Notes: generated by a model not told the origin, from the letters alone. A DNA stretch of 64,000 nucleotides from a virus (IMGVR_UViG_3300035208_002804:64001-128000), one strand, 5' to 3'; counted from the first letter of the stretch, positions 31,103-41,796 are shown. Numbers and translations are program-made.

Positions 31103-32047
31103 TCAAGCATCAGCGATCCCATTTATGATAAACAGCCGATCATTACTGCTGGTTTGCGTCGGAGACTGCGGTACAATTTTTGTCCTGAAATATTGCGTAA
31201 TCATATAACCGTCAGTGCCTTCGTCAGGATTACTGTAGTCTCGAATTCTCCTCATCGGCCCTTCATATGAGTAATGTACTGCACACTTTGGTGATCTAAT
31301 GACACCAAGTGCGAATGTTTCTCCATTGAGTCTTGATGTTGGAATTGGAGTCACGCGAGCACGCTTGAGGAAACTGTTCTGGGTTTCGTTTGGAATGTTG
31401 TATCCCATCTGTCCACCAGCAGTTCCATTATCAAACATTAGTTCTGGAAGATCCATGTCCATTACAAGTTTTGATGGATAGAACAGCATCATATTGGACA
31501 GTTCATTTGTTTTAATTTCGTTGAACCCATTGCTTTGATTCTTGAACACTTTACGAAGTGCTGATGCAACGTCACCAAGAATATTCTTACCTGACTGATC
31601 GGACCATTCAGTATTTGCATCGGTGGTGTTTGCAGTGTTTGCTCCTGCGTATAAACTTGAAAGAATCTCCTGATCTCGTGCCATTGTGAAACCATTAATC
31701 ACTGCATTGAGTGATTCGTTCCATTGCATGTTGTAATCTCCACGGGCCTGTACAGTTTCAGATACTTCAATTGCCCCACGATATCCATAGAGGGTTGTTG
31801 CATCATCGAACCACCCTACACGCTGTCTTGGGGTAGTCTGTCCTTCGGTAATACGAAATACAGGAACAGTATTAGTCTTTGCTAACTGGAAATGCAGATC
31901 AAGTTTATCAGTAGTTTCCATTATCACAGCAGGTGCAAAGTCCATGTTTTCTGGAGTTCGTAGATCAATATCAGCAAGGGTAATTGCCTGCTTATATGCA
32001 TCTGCGTCAACAGAGGTTGAAACTCCTGGGTATGCGGTATATGTCAT
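31103..32047 (-). CDS. Major capsid protein (probably HK97 fold)
   Basis: 314 aa after the scaffold and decoration genes; strong GGAGG RBS; ITEGQTTP motif. Confidence 0.75.
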   Translation of the reverse strand: MTYTAYPGVSTSVDADAYKQAITLADIDLRTPENMDFAPAVIMETTDKLDLHFQLAKTNTVPVFRITEGQTTPRQRVGWFDDATTLYGYRGAIEVSETVQARGDYNMQWNESLNAVINGFTMARDQEILSSLYAGANTANTTDANTEWSDQSGKNILGDVASALRKVFKNQSNGFNEIKTNELSNMMLFYPSKLVMDMDLPELMFDNGTAGGQMGYNIPNETQNSFLKRARVTPIPTSRLNGETFALGVIRSPKCAVHYSYEGPMRRIRDYSNPDEGTDGYMITQYFRTKIVPQSPTQTSSNDRLFIINGIADA

Positions 32048-32066
32048 ATTTTATTCCTCCTTAAGT

Positions 32067-32657
32067 TTATGCCTTGGTATACTGGTGTCCAACCTTTACC
32101 CATACGTTAATTGCTCCAGCGGCTCCTGCACTGTTATCGGCTGCATATTCTGCTTTACCAATTACAACATCACCAGTTGTTGCCGTTTCTGCATATCCAC
32201 TTGCTGCGGATGCAATTTCAGCGCCGAATGCAATACTGGTTGATGCTGCTACAGGAACACCAATTACACGGCCCGGAATGAATGGATGACATGTGGTAAC
32301 TGGGAATTTCATGTAATCTTCTGCGTATGTTGAATCTCCACCAGTTCTATCTGCCACTAACGGTAGGTAAATGTCTGCGGCTGCAAGTAGTGACTGATTA
32401 CCATACATTGTGGTGTCTTTAGTTGGTGTAAATGCGAACCCATCGGGTCTTCCACCGTCTGTACATGGAATTGCTACTGGAAACGTTGGCGCATCAGCAT
32501 CATATGATCTGCTTGAAGCAGTCATGAGCAATAGTCCGGCAAACTTGATTGGATACGGTGTGTAATATCCATCTTCGTAAATGGCAGGAGAAATTTTACC
32601 CGCCTGCACACTTGTTGCCCCGTGATATCCGGGTGCAAAATAAATATCTGAAGTCAT
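32067..32657 (-). CDS. Head decoration/cement protein
   Basis: A/G/T-rich, IAFGAEI...VIGKA...AGAI pattern; located between scaffold and capsid genes. Confidence 0.6.
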   Translation of the reverse strand: MTSDIYFAPGYHGATSVQAGKISPAIYEDGYYTPYPIKFAGLLLMTASSRSYDADAPTFPVAIPCTDGGRPDGFAFTPTKDTTMYGNQSLLAAADIYLPLVADRTGGDSTYAEDYMKFPVTTCHPFIPGRVIGVPVAASTSIAFGAEIASAASGYAETATTGDVVIGKAEYAADNSAGAAGAINVWVKVGHQYTKA

Positions 32658-32729
32658 GATTTCCTCTTATTTTTTGTTATGTATTCTCGAATTTTCGAAG
32701 TGTTGTTAACTTTTCATTAAATTTTCATA

Positions 32730-33947
32730 TCACTGATATTTCCATCCAAGTTTATCTGAAAGTGCTTTTAAATATTCAGGAGTTTTGTTTTTGTAAACAA
32801 AGTCTACCCCTGCCATTTTAGCACGTTCAATGAATGACTCGGCATTATTAGATGAGCCTCCCTCGTTACTGATTCTCATATCATTTGAGGAGGGTGAGAT
32901 CATCGGCTGCTGTCTAATAACTTCAGAACGATATGCAGAAAGAACTGAAATCTGATTTTCAATGCTCATATCCTTTATTTTTGAAACAAAGTTGTCAACA
33001 TCTACCTTTTTGTTTTTGAGATCGGTTACAATGTCATCAAACTGTTTCTGATAAAGACCATCAATTCGGCTTCTTTCTGCTTTTAGAGCATCATCCTTTT
33101 TCTGTAGTTCAATCTGGGTCTTCGCATATTCATCGAAAACTTCTTTTCCAACAGGATTAACGGGTTCTGCTATTTCGAGCATTGTAAATTCTGTTGCATC
33201 ATCGGTATCGCTATCTTCCTGTGATGTTTCGGTTTTCTTGGGGCGGCCTCGTTTTCCAGTCTGTGGTTTAGTGAAAAAGTCTTTACCTGGACTTCCTTTG
33301 AGGGTTTCAATTTCACTCTTCAGTGAGGCGATCTGTTCTCCAAATTGTTTGGTTACACCGGCTGTAATTATTTCAGCGAGTGACGCGATGTCGATATTAG
33401 TATTTGGTGATGTCGGTGCTGGTGCATCTGTTTTTGGAGGAACAGACGTTGGATTAGTAGATTCTGTTGTAGTTCCTGATGTTTGAGAATCAGTCATCGT
33501 TACCTCTGGAGCAGAAAATTTCAAACGAGTGATTTCTGTCTGGTTATTGGGCATTGCTGGATTTGGCACAAAACAAAGTTTAGAGATTCTTTTTCCGACT
33601 ACTTCACCATTTACCCGAATAAGTTCAATTTCAGGAGAAATGTTTCGGTAATCTTCATTGATTACAATAGTTTTGAAAAGATTTGGGTCAGAAACGATGC
33701 CTTTGTGTTCGATTCTATTGCCATTTTTTCTAAATTTACTGGCATGACCGATAGTTGGTGCAAAATCACCATGACCAATAGTAAAAGGAACCGGGCCTTT
33801 GATATTGCTATATAATTCTTCAAGATCCGATTCGCTTATAGAGACAGATTCGCCCGATTTTGAAGAACCCGGAGTAAAAGTTCCAACTTCCAGTATAGCA
33901 CCTTTAGTATAGAATCCTCCTTCGAATTCCTTGTAATCTTCTGCCAT
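32730..33947 (-). CDS. Prohead protease/scaffold fusion
   Basis: N-terminal IGH...ISPEI...LCFVPNPA protease-like motifs followed by low-complexity and coiled-coil regions. Confidence 0.7.
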   Translation of the reverse strand: MAEDYKEFEGGFYTKGAILEVGTFTPGSSKSGESVSISESDLEELYSNIKGPVPFTIGHGDFAPTIGHASKFRKNGNRIEHKGIVSDPNLFKTIVINEDYRNISPEIELIRVNGEVVGKRISKLCFVPNPAMPNNQTEITRLKFSAPEVTMTDSQTSGTTTESTNPTSVPPKTDAPAPTSPNTNIDIASLAEIITAGVTKQFGEQIASLKSEIETLKGSPGKDFFTKPQTGKRGRPKKTETSQEDSDTDDATEFTMLEIAEPVNPVGKEVFDEYAKTQIELQKKDDALKAERSRIDGLYQKQFDDIVTDLKNKKVDVDNFVSKIKDMSIENQISVLSAYRSEVIRQQPMISPSSNDMRISNEGGSSNNAESFIERAKMAGVDFVYKNKTPEYLKALSDKLGWKYQ

Positions 33948-33964
33948 CGAGATCTAAAAGACGG

Positions 33965-33979
33965 TTTACAGTATATAAA
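33965..33979 (-). promoter_or_regulatory. Late promoter motif TTTWWATA-NN-GTAAA (representative copy)
   Basis: The same motif occurs at 6448, 8594, 17203, 24201, 28317, 29834, 35799 and 39907. Confidence 0.8.
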
Positions 33980-34092
33980 GTATTACATAATAATAGGCAA
34001 AAACTCTATATAAGATGGGAAGAAAGAAGAAAGTAGTATAAAAATACAACGTGTGAATAAAAGAGAGTAGTGGTGATATTACATTTTAATTG

Positions 34093-35778
34093 TTATCTGT
34101 AGTTTTCTAAATCAGTTTTATCTTTATATTTTGTGTCTCCTTTGTCCGTTGGTTGAGTTGATGCACTTTTTGGAGTAGTTGGATATTTTGTGGTTCCGTT
34201 ACTTCGATTACCTTCTACTCCACCAAAATTTTGAGCAGATTTACTTTCCTCTTTTTTCTCTACTTTTTCTTCTACTTTATTTTCTGCCTGTTTATTTTGA
34301 TCTTCTTTAAAAGTGCTGTTAAAGAGATTTTCTTCACCTACAATGATACCGTTTTTGGTGACAAGCCCCTCTTTGTTTATTTGTTCTTTGGTTAGAACCG
34401 GGTAATCAACGGTTTCACGGCATTCGGTTGGTGTAAATAATCCAGATCCGGTCTGCATTGATAGAACTTTGTATTTTTCGAGTTTGCTTTCTGCCAATTC
34501 AAATGATATCTTAATATCGAGATAACGAACAGGGTAAGATGGATCCATTTCAGTAAGTCGTTCTTTTATGTTTTCAAGAACAACCTTTCCTATTTTAGTT
34601 GCAATCTGTTCAATACGAAGAGATACCCCAGATGATATAATAAGTTCGCTTGCATACGAACCATCTGATTCACCCCGAATAACTGACGCAGGAGTGCAAA
34701 GCCCATCCCATATTGAGTTTTCAATCTGATTTAATAGGTTGTTACTGTCCATGTAATCAGACGATGAGTGTTCAATTGGTTTGATTACAACGTTAGATGA
34801 TGTTACATAATGCTGATCCGGGTTCTTTTTTGAAATTGAAGCAGAATGTCTCTGAATGGCAGCATTCATTTGATTTGTAGCATATTCAATAATTTTATCT
34901 TTGCCGACAATCCCTTTGTATTGTTCTGGTGAGAATGCTTCTGCTGCTAATGTGTGGTGTTCACGAGGAACGTTACCCCATCGCCAAAGTGTTTCAGTAA
35001 CGAGAATCTGACCTTTTAGCCATAATGAAGCGAGACATCTCTGGAGCGGTGATATCGCATATATGCCGAATGTTGCTCTTCCCCACGTGTCCTTTAAATT
35101 GATTGGAACATCACTAATTTTAATATGAATGAACTGATCTTTATAAAGAATCGTTTGTGTGTGTAGTCCCTCATCAACAATAAGGTAATTTTCATTTGTT
35201 ATCAGGTGATCGAGTGGGGTTCCGTTTCTAATATATTGTCTTTCATCAACAATAGTAACACGATTATTTGGGATAATAGATAATGAAAGATCACTGTTTT
35301 TCTTTAGGAAGACTTCTCCCTGTGAAAACATTATTGTTGACCAAATTTCAAAACACTGACGAGCAATATCATTTCTTCGAGCAATATCATTAGCAGTGTC
35401 TTTCATCTTGTCAAGTAGTTTCTTATCTACCGTTTTATCTGTTTGAACGACACCATTTTCATCAGTATACTCTTCTATATTGTCGAATTCAGAGTCATTA
35501 ATGAGCATAAAATAGTCAAACGACGATCTCACCATTTCTGACATTTTAGTAACATACGACGCAATTTCAGGCTCATGAATTAAAAGATGCTCATATAAAT
35601 CCTGGGCACTCATACCATTCCAGTTATATAAATCAATTAGATATTGTGCCGCATTTTTTGATATTTGTGATGCTGGAACTGTATCAGATGTATTTATGTG
35701 AGTTATATCAGGTGGATTGTGATATGTATGACGAGAAAATGTTTGTTTTACAATATCAACCACATTAGAAATTCCCAT
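34093..35778 (-). CDS. Portal protein
   Basis: 561 aa between terminase and protease; FGIYAISPL, GSYAS and GLFTPTECRE motifs. Confidence 0.75.
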   Translation of the reverse strand: MGISNVVDIVKQTFSRHTYHNPPDITHINTSDTVPASQISKNAAQYLIDLYNWNGMSAQDLYEHLLIHEPEIASYVTKMSEMVRSSFDYFMLINDSEFDNIEEYTDENGVVQTDKTVDKKLLDKMKDTANDIARRNDIARQCFEIWSTIMFSQGEVFLKKNSDLSLSIIPNNRVTIVDERQYIRNGTPLDHLITNENYLIVDEGLHTQTILYKDQFIHIKISDVPINLKDTWGRATFGIYAISPLQRCLASLWLKGQILVTETLWRWGNVPREHHTLAAEAFSPEQYKGIVGKDKIIEYATNQMNAAIQRHSASISKKNPDQHYVTSSNVVIKPIEHSSSDYMDSNNLLNQIENSIWDGLCTPASVIRGESDGSYASELIISSGVSLRIEQIATKIGKVVLENIKERLTEMDPSYPVRYLDIKISFELAESKLEKYKVLSMQTGSGLFTPTECRETVDYPVLTKEQINKEGLVTKNGIIVGEENLFNSTFKEDQNKQAENKVEEKVEKKEESKSAQNFGGVEGNRSNGTTKYPTTPKSASTQPTDKGDTKYKDKTDLENYR

Positions 35779-36043
35779 AGTAATGTATATGTGATTGATT
35801 TACAGTATTTAAATAGAAAGAAGAAACGAAACGCTTAAATAATAAAAGATAATATATGGAAATGTGAAAACAAAACAAGAAACCATACAAGATTATGTAA
35901 TGTATATCAACAATTGGTCAGAACTAATGAACAATTATGTTGAATATGGAAAATATGATGACGCACGAGAATATGCTGAAAACATCCTAATAACAATAGA
36001 TAAATTAAGATATATAGAAAAGAAATTTGAGATTTAGAAAAAA

Positions 36044-36946
36044 TTAGAATGGTAATTGTTTACATTGGAACCCCGCTGCACCGAAATGTCCTCCCCCACC
36101 ATATTTTACTGCAATTTGAGAAACATCTATTTTATCAGAATATAAACTAATTAAAAACTGTTCAGTTTGTGCATTGTAGTAAAATGGCATTAGAATATCG
36201 TATGTCGATGGATCTACGCTTTTAAACCATTCGCTATTACATTTTGGCATGTTACATACAAAACATCGATATCCTTCAAATTCAACAATTTTACCAATGG
36301 AATCACAGCAGATTTTTCCATATCCATCACGAAATGCAATCATTGCACGACCCTCTTCAACCAACAATTCAATATTGCGGGTTGCACATTCTACATCATC
36401 TATTGCATTCCACCATATAGATAATGGATTAGATGCATTATTTGATGCTACAATTCTTGTTATAAATGATTCAATATCACATTGTTTACTATAGTCTTCG
36501 TTTTTCCATTGCCAAGTATCCCAGAGATGAATATATTGCGTAAATAATGGTGCAGATTGAATGTGTTCATCAGTATAGAAGTGTTTTCCACTTATAAGAT
36601 AAATCCATGTAAGCATACAACCTGATATTCCATCATATCTAACTCCTTTTAATTTATAATCTCTGTAAACAATAGACATCTTTTCTATAGCACTCGCATG
36701 ATGATCAATCCACGTGAAATCATAGTCTCTTGCTAAAAGAGCCATATTCATTGGATCGTTTAACGAGAAATCAACCATGAAAACTTGCTCACCCGAAGTT
36801 AAAATTTCCCACGGAAACTCTTTGTCGTAGTTCATTTCGATAAAATCAGATTCCGTGAATGAAATTCCTTCATTTTCGAGATGTTTGCGAACCCAGTACG
36901 CTGAACACCAGCCATCGGGATCATTGTGGTAAAATACTTTAACCAT
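36044..36946 (-). CDS. DHH/DHHA1 phosphoesterase
   Basis: YHNDPDG, VDFS, IDHH and GGGGHFGAAG motifs. Confidence 0.9.
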   Translation of the reverse strand: MVKVFYHNDPDGWCSAYWVRKHLENEGISFTESDFIEMNYDKEFPWEILTSGEQVFMVDFSLNDPMNMALLARDYDFTWIDHHASAIEKMSIVYRDYKLKGVRYDGISGCMLTWIYLISGKHFYTDEHIQSAPLFTQYIHLWDTWQWKNEDYSKQCDIESFITRIVASNNASNPLSIWWNAIDDVECATRNIELLVEEGRAMIAFRDGYGKICCDSIGKIVEFEGYRCFVCNMPKCNSEWFKSVDPSTYDILMPFYYNAQTEQFLISLYSDKIDVSQIAVKYGGGGHFGAAGFQCKQLPF

Positions 36947-36991
36947 AATATATAATTGATTTTAAAATTTAAAAAAGTATCGAAACCATTT

Positions 36992-37159
36992 TTAGATTTC
37001 ACAGGGACATTTATAGTCACATTTTTCACAGTTGTCTTCTTTGCAACCACGACAATTACACACTTCGATATCTGAACAGGCATTTTCTACACATGGACCA
37101 CGTAAAAATGTTGCAAATATAAGTTCATTATTAGGTTTCTGTTTATTTTTATTCTTCAT
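36992..37159 (-). CDS. Small Cys-rich protein (55 aa, 9 Cys), not in the ORF track
   Basis: MKNKNKQK...CVENACSDIEVCNCRGCKEDNCEKCDYKCPCEI; overlaps the upstream gene stop. Confidence 0.55.
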   Translation of the reverse strand: MKNKNKQKPNNELIFATFLRGPCVENACSDIEVCNCRGCKEDNCEKCDYKCPCEI

Positions 37160-37349
37160 TAATATTTCTCATGTTAACTGATTTATAATATTCATTCGGG
37201 CTCACTATTATTTCTTTTAGAACATACCGATCTCCTTCTTTAACAAGTTGCTGTTTTATTATAAATGGGGATGTTCCAAACTGCATGTGTGGATTTAATA
37301 ACCAGTTATTATATTGTTCGATTTCTTCTTCAGTTGGTATTATCGTCAC
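37149..37349 (-). CDS. Hypothetical protein
   Basis: 66 aa with a GGTGA RBS. Confidence 0.6.
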   Translation of the reverse strand: MTIIPTEEEIEQYNNWLLNPHMQFGTSPFIIKQQLVKEGDRYVLKEIIVSPNEYYKSVNMRNINEE

Positions 37350-37650
37350 CTTCGTTGGTATTGGTTTCTTCTATAATTTCTCCACTGTTGGTTTCTTTAT
37401 TGCGACGAGGACGACGAATAATACTGCTTTCTCGAATTTCTGCTGATTTTTTTACATATTCTGTTCTTGTCATTGAATTTCTACATTTTTCAAGTTTAAA
37501 GATATCTGATCGATGATAATTACAATATGGTTCAAACCCTTCAATATTGATGTTCATTACACACCCGCGACATAGTTTTGGGGGCTGAAATTTTCTTATT
37601 CTATATGAACGCGGTTTTGGAACACTTGGATTTTTTCTTGGTTTTGTCAT
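37330..37650 (-). CDS. Hypothetical basic protein with Cys/His ligands
   Basis: CRGC...CNYH...C pattern. Confidence 0.6.
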   Translation of the reverse strand: MTKPRKNPSVPKPRSYRIRKFQPPKLCRGCVMNINIEGFEPYCNYHRSDIFKLEKCRNSMTRTEYVKKSAEIRESSIIRRPRRNKETNSGEIIEETNTNEGDDNTN

Positions 37651-37720
37651 ATATAAAATGATTGGTTACATAATTATTTAATTCTATGCTTCGAGGCGTG
37701 TTATTTTCCCTTTTAATTCT

Positions 37721-39325
37721 TCATACAAACATCATAGTTCCAAGGGGTGTAAATTTTGTATCCCCGAAGTCGTCATCTTCTAAATACCAGATGCAATTGG
37801 CCACGGTGTCTGCGGAATCTTTTCCTCCGGAGTGAATATGGTCGACTTTTACCTTTCCACCCCCAGTTTGCTTTACGATTAGTTCATTACATTCTTGAAT
37901 AAGTTGCTCATCATGAACCAGTTGTAGGTTGGTATCGAAAGTTCCTTCTTGCATTCCTCTCCACCTATCATAGTCTTCTTTTGATACAATGTGTTCAATT
38001 GCTTCAATATGAAGGGTATGTTCTATATAATCAATTAATTCTGGTGACTGATTAAATACATCATATACTAATGTTGTGGTTTTGATGTTTTTAATAACAG
38101 AAGTTATGAAATTTCGAATGTCAGATGGTTTGATATATGCTTCTGCTTCTGAATCCTTGGTAAACTTACGAACACCATCTACAGTAACAGTATTTCCTTT
38201 TTTATATGCACACGCAAATCCAAAAGAATCGTTTTTCCAGGCCGGATCAATGGCGACGACATGTGGAATTTTAACTGTCTCTGGAAATGAATTCTTGTTG
38301 TTAAAATCAAGATTCAGTAGATTGGTTATGGTTGAATTAGTTATAATTCCTTCTGGAAATTGAAGACCTGCTCCTACTTCTGGTTGGTTTGCAAAATCCC
38401 TTAAAAATTTAATCCTGTTATTCCCACAAGATCGACGTAAATCATCTTCTGTAAGCGTTGGGTTAAATTCCCACGTTTTATACATTAATCCAAGAGACAT
38501 TGGATTGGGTCTACGCTGTTCAATTTTAGCATCACGATATTCTCTCATCATGATACCAGTAGCAGTGTTTAGTGATGAGATCGCAATGATTTTTCCTTCT
38601 CGTTTGAAAGTTTCAGTAGAGTTACATACTTTATCGTAAACTTTCTGAACGTCAAGTAGCGTTTCCGACTCTTGGAAAAAGTCTAATTCGTCGAAAATAC
38701 CGATTTTGTTGGTGAAACCTGCTGCTCTTCCGGCATGTGGTGCCAAAACCTGTGCAATTACATTTTTAGACTTGGATTCGATAAACTGATCCCTGAAATT
38801 CAAATCAAACCACTGATCAAAGAACTCATTTTCTTCAATCATATTGCGCATGTTGGCAAAAACACCATAATCTGCCTGTTTTGTTGATGTTGCAAGACAT
38901 GTAAGACCAATTGTAGCACCTTTTCCAGATTTACCGGTCATCAACCCAAAATGTCTTGCAGGGGCTTCCCAAGATATGGTTTCGAATAATTCGAACCCCA
39001 TTATCGTTGAAATTAGGCTGGTTTTACTCGTACGCTGGCCTGCTATAAACACCATTTTCTTATATGGAAGCGGATATTTTTCAGGATAATATTTATGTCT
39101 ATAAAACTCCCAAACTACTTCTTTCTGTTTTTGCCACATTCCACGAGACTTTCCAAATTCATCACAACCTGGAAATCCAAGAACATCTTCGATAAAATAG
39201 ACTGGATCTGTTCGTGCTCTTAACACAGTTCGCATGTATTCTTTGTAATCTTTACCGTCAAGTGTTTCTTTTGGTGATAATTGAAAATAATCTTTTGAAT
39301 CTTGTTTTTTTGTCTGTTTATTCAT
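37721..39325 (-). CDS. Terminase large subunit
   Basis: TDPVYFIEDVLG, Walker A variant AGQRTSKT, Walker B IFDELD, nuclease VAIDPA and KDSADTVA. Confidence 0.9.
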   Translation of the reverse strand: MNKQTKKQDSKDYFQLSPKETLDGKDYKEYMRTVLRARTDPVYFIEDVLGFPGCDEFGKSRGMWQKQKEVVWEFYRHKYYPEKYPLPYKKMVFIAGQRTSKTSLISTIMGFELFETISWEAPARHFGLMTGKSGKGATIGLTCLATSTKQADYGVFANMRNMIEENEFFDQWFDLNFRDQFIESKSKNVIAQVLAPHAGRAAGFTNKIGIFDELDFFQESETLLDVQKVYDKVCNSTETFKREGKIIAISSLNTATGIMMREYRDAKIEQRRPNPMSLGLMYKTWEFNPTLTEDDLRRSCGNNRIKFLRDFANQPEVGAGLQFPEGIITNSTITNLLNLDFNNKNSFPETVKIPHVVAIDPAWKNDSFGFACAYKKGNTVTVDGVRKFTKDSEAEAYIKPSDIRNFITSVIKNIKTTTLVYDVFNQSPELIDYIEHTLHIEAIEHIVSKEDYDRWRGMQEGTFDTNLQLVHDEQLIQECNELIVKQTGGGKVKVDHIHSGGKDSADTVANCIWYLEDDDFGDTKFTPLGTMMFV

Positions 39326-39815
39326 CTTCTTCCATCATTTCGAGAACTTTCTGCTGGCACATTGGACACATCTGTTCAAGTGCATTGTTTACAAATTGAT
39401 TATAATTCCCTTGGATCTGGATATATTGTTGGTGATATGTATCTCCCTTGTTGAATTTTCCCTGTAACTCATACACAAGTTTAATAGTTTCTCTCATTTC
39501 CTTGACAAGTTTAGTTCCTCTGTCAATGGTTCGTGGATCTGGATCATCACCATCATCAACATTGAGATCTAACCATCGTTCAACTCGATCTAAAATTGAT
39601 TCAACTTTATCAAGAAGATAGTCAGGATCCTGTATTTTTTCTGAAAACTTAACATGCGGAACAACAGCAACACTTATTTCATGATTCAAATTATGATCTT
39701 CAACTTCAGCAACCGTTGTTTTGAATTTTAGCGCCATCTCTGCTACAGTTATATTTCCTTTCTGAAGTTTCTGCGTCCATTCTAATCCAATTGGAGAATC
39801 ACATATCTTACACAT
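39318..39815 (-). CDS. Putative terminase small subunit
   Basis: Overlaps the large subunit start; N-terminal CKIC plus HTH-like segment. Confidence 0.6.
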   Translation of the reverse strand: MCKICDSPIGLEWTQKLQKGNITVAEMALKFKTTVAEVEDHNLNHEISVAVVPHVKFSEKIQDPDYLLDKVESILDRVERWLDLNVDDGDDPDPRTIDRGTKLVKEMRETIKLVYELQGKFNKGDTYHQQYIQIQGNYNQFVNNALEQMCPMCQQKVLEMMEEDE

Positions 39816-40057
39816 AACTTAAATATAACCTCTTATTTCCAGTTTCGTTTTTCTTATATTATATTTAAAATAAACCGAAATATTCATTATTATCTACACC
39901 TTATGATTTACCCTATATAAATTAAGCATTTCTTGAAAATATAAGTATTTAAAGAGAAGTATAACAGAGAGAAATCTTTATTATCTTCAAGAACAAATAG
40001 TAAAATAGAGGAAACACCTCTACATGTGTATTTATATTTTTCATTAGAAGGAGTAAT

Positions 40058-40282
40058 ATGGAATCAGATATAACAGAGAAGAAAGTAAAATTATTAAAGA
40101 GTGCAGAAGAACTAAAAAGAATTACTCTTGAATTATGTGAACCGATTAATTCTATTGAAAATAAAATTCCATTTTTAAAAACAATATTGGAAAAAATTGA
40201 AGATGTAAAATCAACTAATATCAAGAAACAAAAACGCAATGAAGTAAAATTAATGAATTCATATTACAGAAGGATGAAATAA
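40058..40282 (+). CDS. Hypothetical protein
   Basis: 74 aa with a GGAG RBS. Confidence 0.6.
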   Translation: MESDITEKKVKLLKSAEELKRITLELCEPINSIENKIPFLKTILEKIEDVKSTNIKKQKRNEVKLMNSYYRRMK

Positions 40283-40720
40283 ATGACAGAAACTATTGAA
40301 GAAGATGGAACCTTTGTAAAAGGAGCATGGTATACGAACAATTCAGCACAAACCAGTCTTGGTAAATATCTACCGGACATTGATCCTAATGTAAATGTAA
40401 CACAGACTAATGACTACAATGTAAATGCTACTACATCATCTACCTATACTGAAAATGTAAAAAAGACATTTATATCAGCAAACAAAATTATCGATTTCTA
40501 TAATAATAATGTTCAGATTGTGAGAGAATACCCAAGAGATGAAATTGAAGAGCATTATCAAAATCAACTGAAAAACTTTGAAAAAAAAGGTCGAATCCAA
40601 TTATATGACGGTGAACCCATACCTGAAGATCTTATGTTAGAAGTAGATGGATCTGGTCGTGTAATTCCAAAATCACAAAGCACGCTTGATAAATTTATAA
40701 ATATGTTCAAATTCTGGTAA
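40283..40720 (+). CDS. Hypothetical protein
   Basis: 145 aa, abutting the previous ORF. Confidence 0.65.
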   Translation: MTETIEEDGTFVKGAWYTNNSAQTSLGKYLPDIDPNVNVTQTNDYNVNATTSSTYTENVKKTFISANKIIDFYNNNVQIVREYPRDEIEEHYQNQLKNFEKKGRIQLYDGEPIPEDLMLEVDGSGRVIPKSQSTLDKFINMFKFW

Positions 40721-40792
40721 AGATAAGAAACTTTCTACTTTTCACTCTCTTGAACGATTCATTTATATACTGTTTACTTTATTTTTATTGCG

Positions 40793-40969
40793 ATGCCTCT
40801 TTTTGACATGGTAACATATGCTTCAGAAGGACTTGAAAAGAAACCGTATGGGTGGTGGTTTGTAGCATATGACATGCAAGAATATTTACAAACTAACTAT
40901 CCAAAAGTAAACTATACCAATAACTATACCTATAATTACTTCAACACAGAAGACAATGAAACAGAATGA
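40793..40969 (+). CDS. Small leaderless hypothetical protein (58 aa), not in the ORF track
   Basis: ATG about 23 nt after TTTATATA; MPLFDMVTYASEG... Confidence 0.5.
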   Translation: MPLFDMVTYASEGLEKKPYGWWFVAYDMQEYLQTNYPKVNYTNNYTYNYFNTEDNETE

Positions 40970-41064
40970 AGTCTCTTAAGAATTGGATTTGACAATATAT
41001 AAACTAATTCAACTTTAACGTCGAAAGTTTAATCATCTCACAAACCAATACTACTGTTATAAAA

Positions 41065-41709
41065 ATGTCTATAATTGAAATGTATAGTTTGTTTATGGTT
41101 TTGTCTATCTTCGCAATCATAATTTTTAATAATGCAGTATTAAAAGATGGTCATTGTGGTTGGATGCTTGTTCCAATCTGGATACTTGTTGGTATATTTG
41201 TAATGACATGTACAGTAACAATAGATGACGACTCCTATGGTTTTTACGGTGAAAAAATACTTGCTCCTGGGTCTGGACATCTAAAATGGCCTTGGGACCA
41301 CATCGACACATTTAATACTGATTATAAAAGCGTTGAAGTAACGATTCCATGTCAAACCAGTGACGGAATGAGACTTAACTATCATCTTACCTACTTATTT
41401 ATAACAATAGATCCGGTTGCTTATAGAGCACTTTATCATCATGATATGGAAATGTTTAAACTAAAAATATCTAATCAAATGAAACCATATATTGACGAAA
41501 GAATGCGGTCTATCAGTGAACGTGACTTCGAAACCGATACTGTTGATAGAGACGAATTACAAGAAGACTTTGAATCACATGCTCCAAGAAACGGCATTAA
41601 ATGGGATCCAACAACAATTAATAAGGTTGGTATGGTCAGTAGCCACTTCGATCACATCGATGAACCAAGCGACGATTACTTCTGCGAAAGGAATAAAGAA
41701 TATTGTTAG
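41065..41709 (+). CDS. Membrane-anchored SPFH/band-7-like protein
   Basis: Two N-terminal TM segments, then LAPGSGHLKWPW...CQTSDG. Confidence 0.6.
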   Translation: MSIIEMYSLFMVLSIFAIIIFNNAVLKDGHCGWMLVPIWILVGIFVMTCTVTIDDDSYGFYGEKILAPGSGHLKWPWDHIDTFNTDYKSVEVTIPCQTSDGMRLNYHLTYLFITIDPVAYRALYHHDMEMFKLKISNQMKPYIDERMRSISERDFETDTVDRDELQEDFESHAPRNGIKWDPTTINKVGMVSSHFDHIDEPSDDYFCERNKEYC

Positions 41710-41796
41710 GAAGAGTGGGAAAAGTAATTATTATCTTAAAACCATCTTTTTACCTATCGATAAGTTTATATATTGTTAAAATCTTATTACTATATT

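Noticed and set aside
32661-32710. TTTTTTGTTATG resembling the ncRNA family motif
   Set aside because: No upstream TATA/GTGC or pairing arm; it is the antisense of the decoration gene leader.
1429-39399. Numerous plus-strand ORFs antisense to structural genes (e.g. 2797..3012, 18299..18622, 20690..21079, 24806..25105, 33483..33815)
   Set aside because: Shadow ORFs lying within or over well-supported minus-strand genes, without RBSs or motifs.
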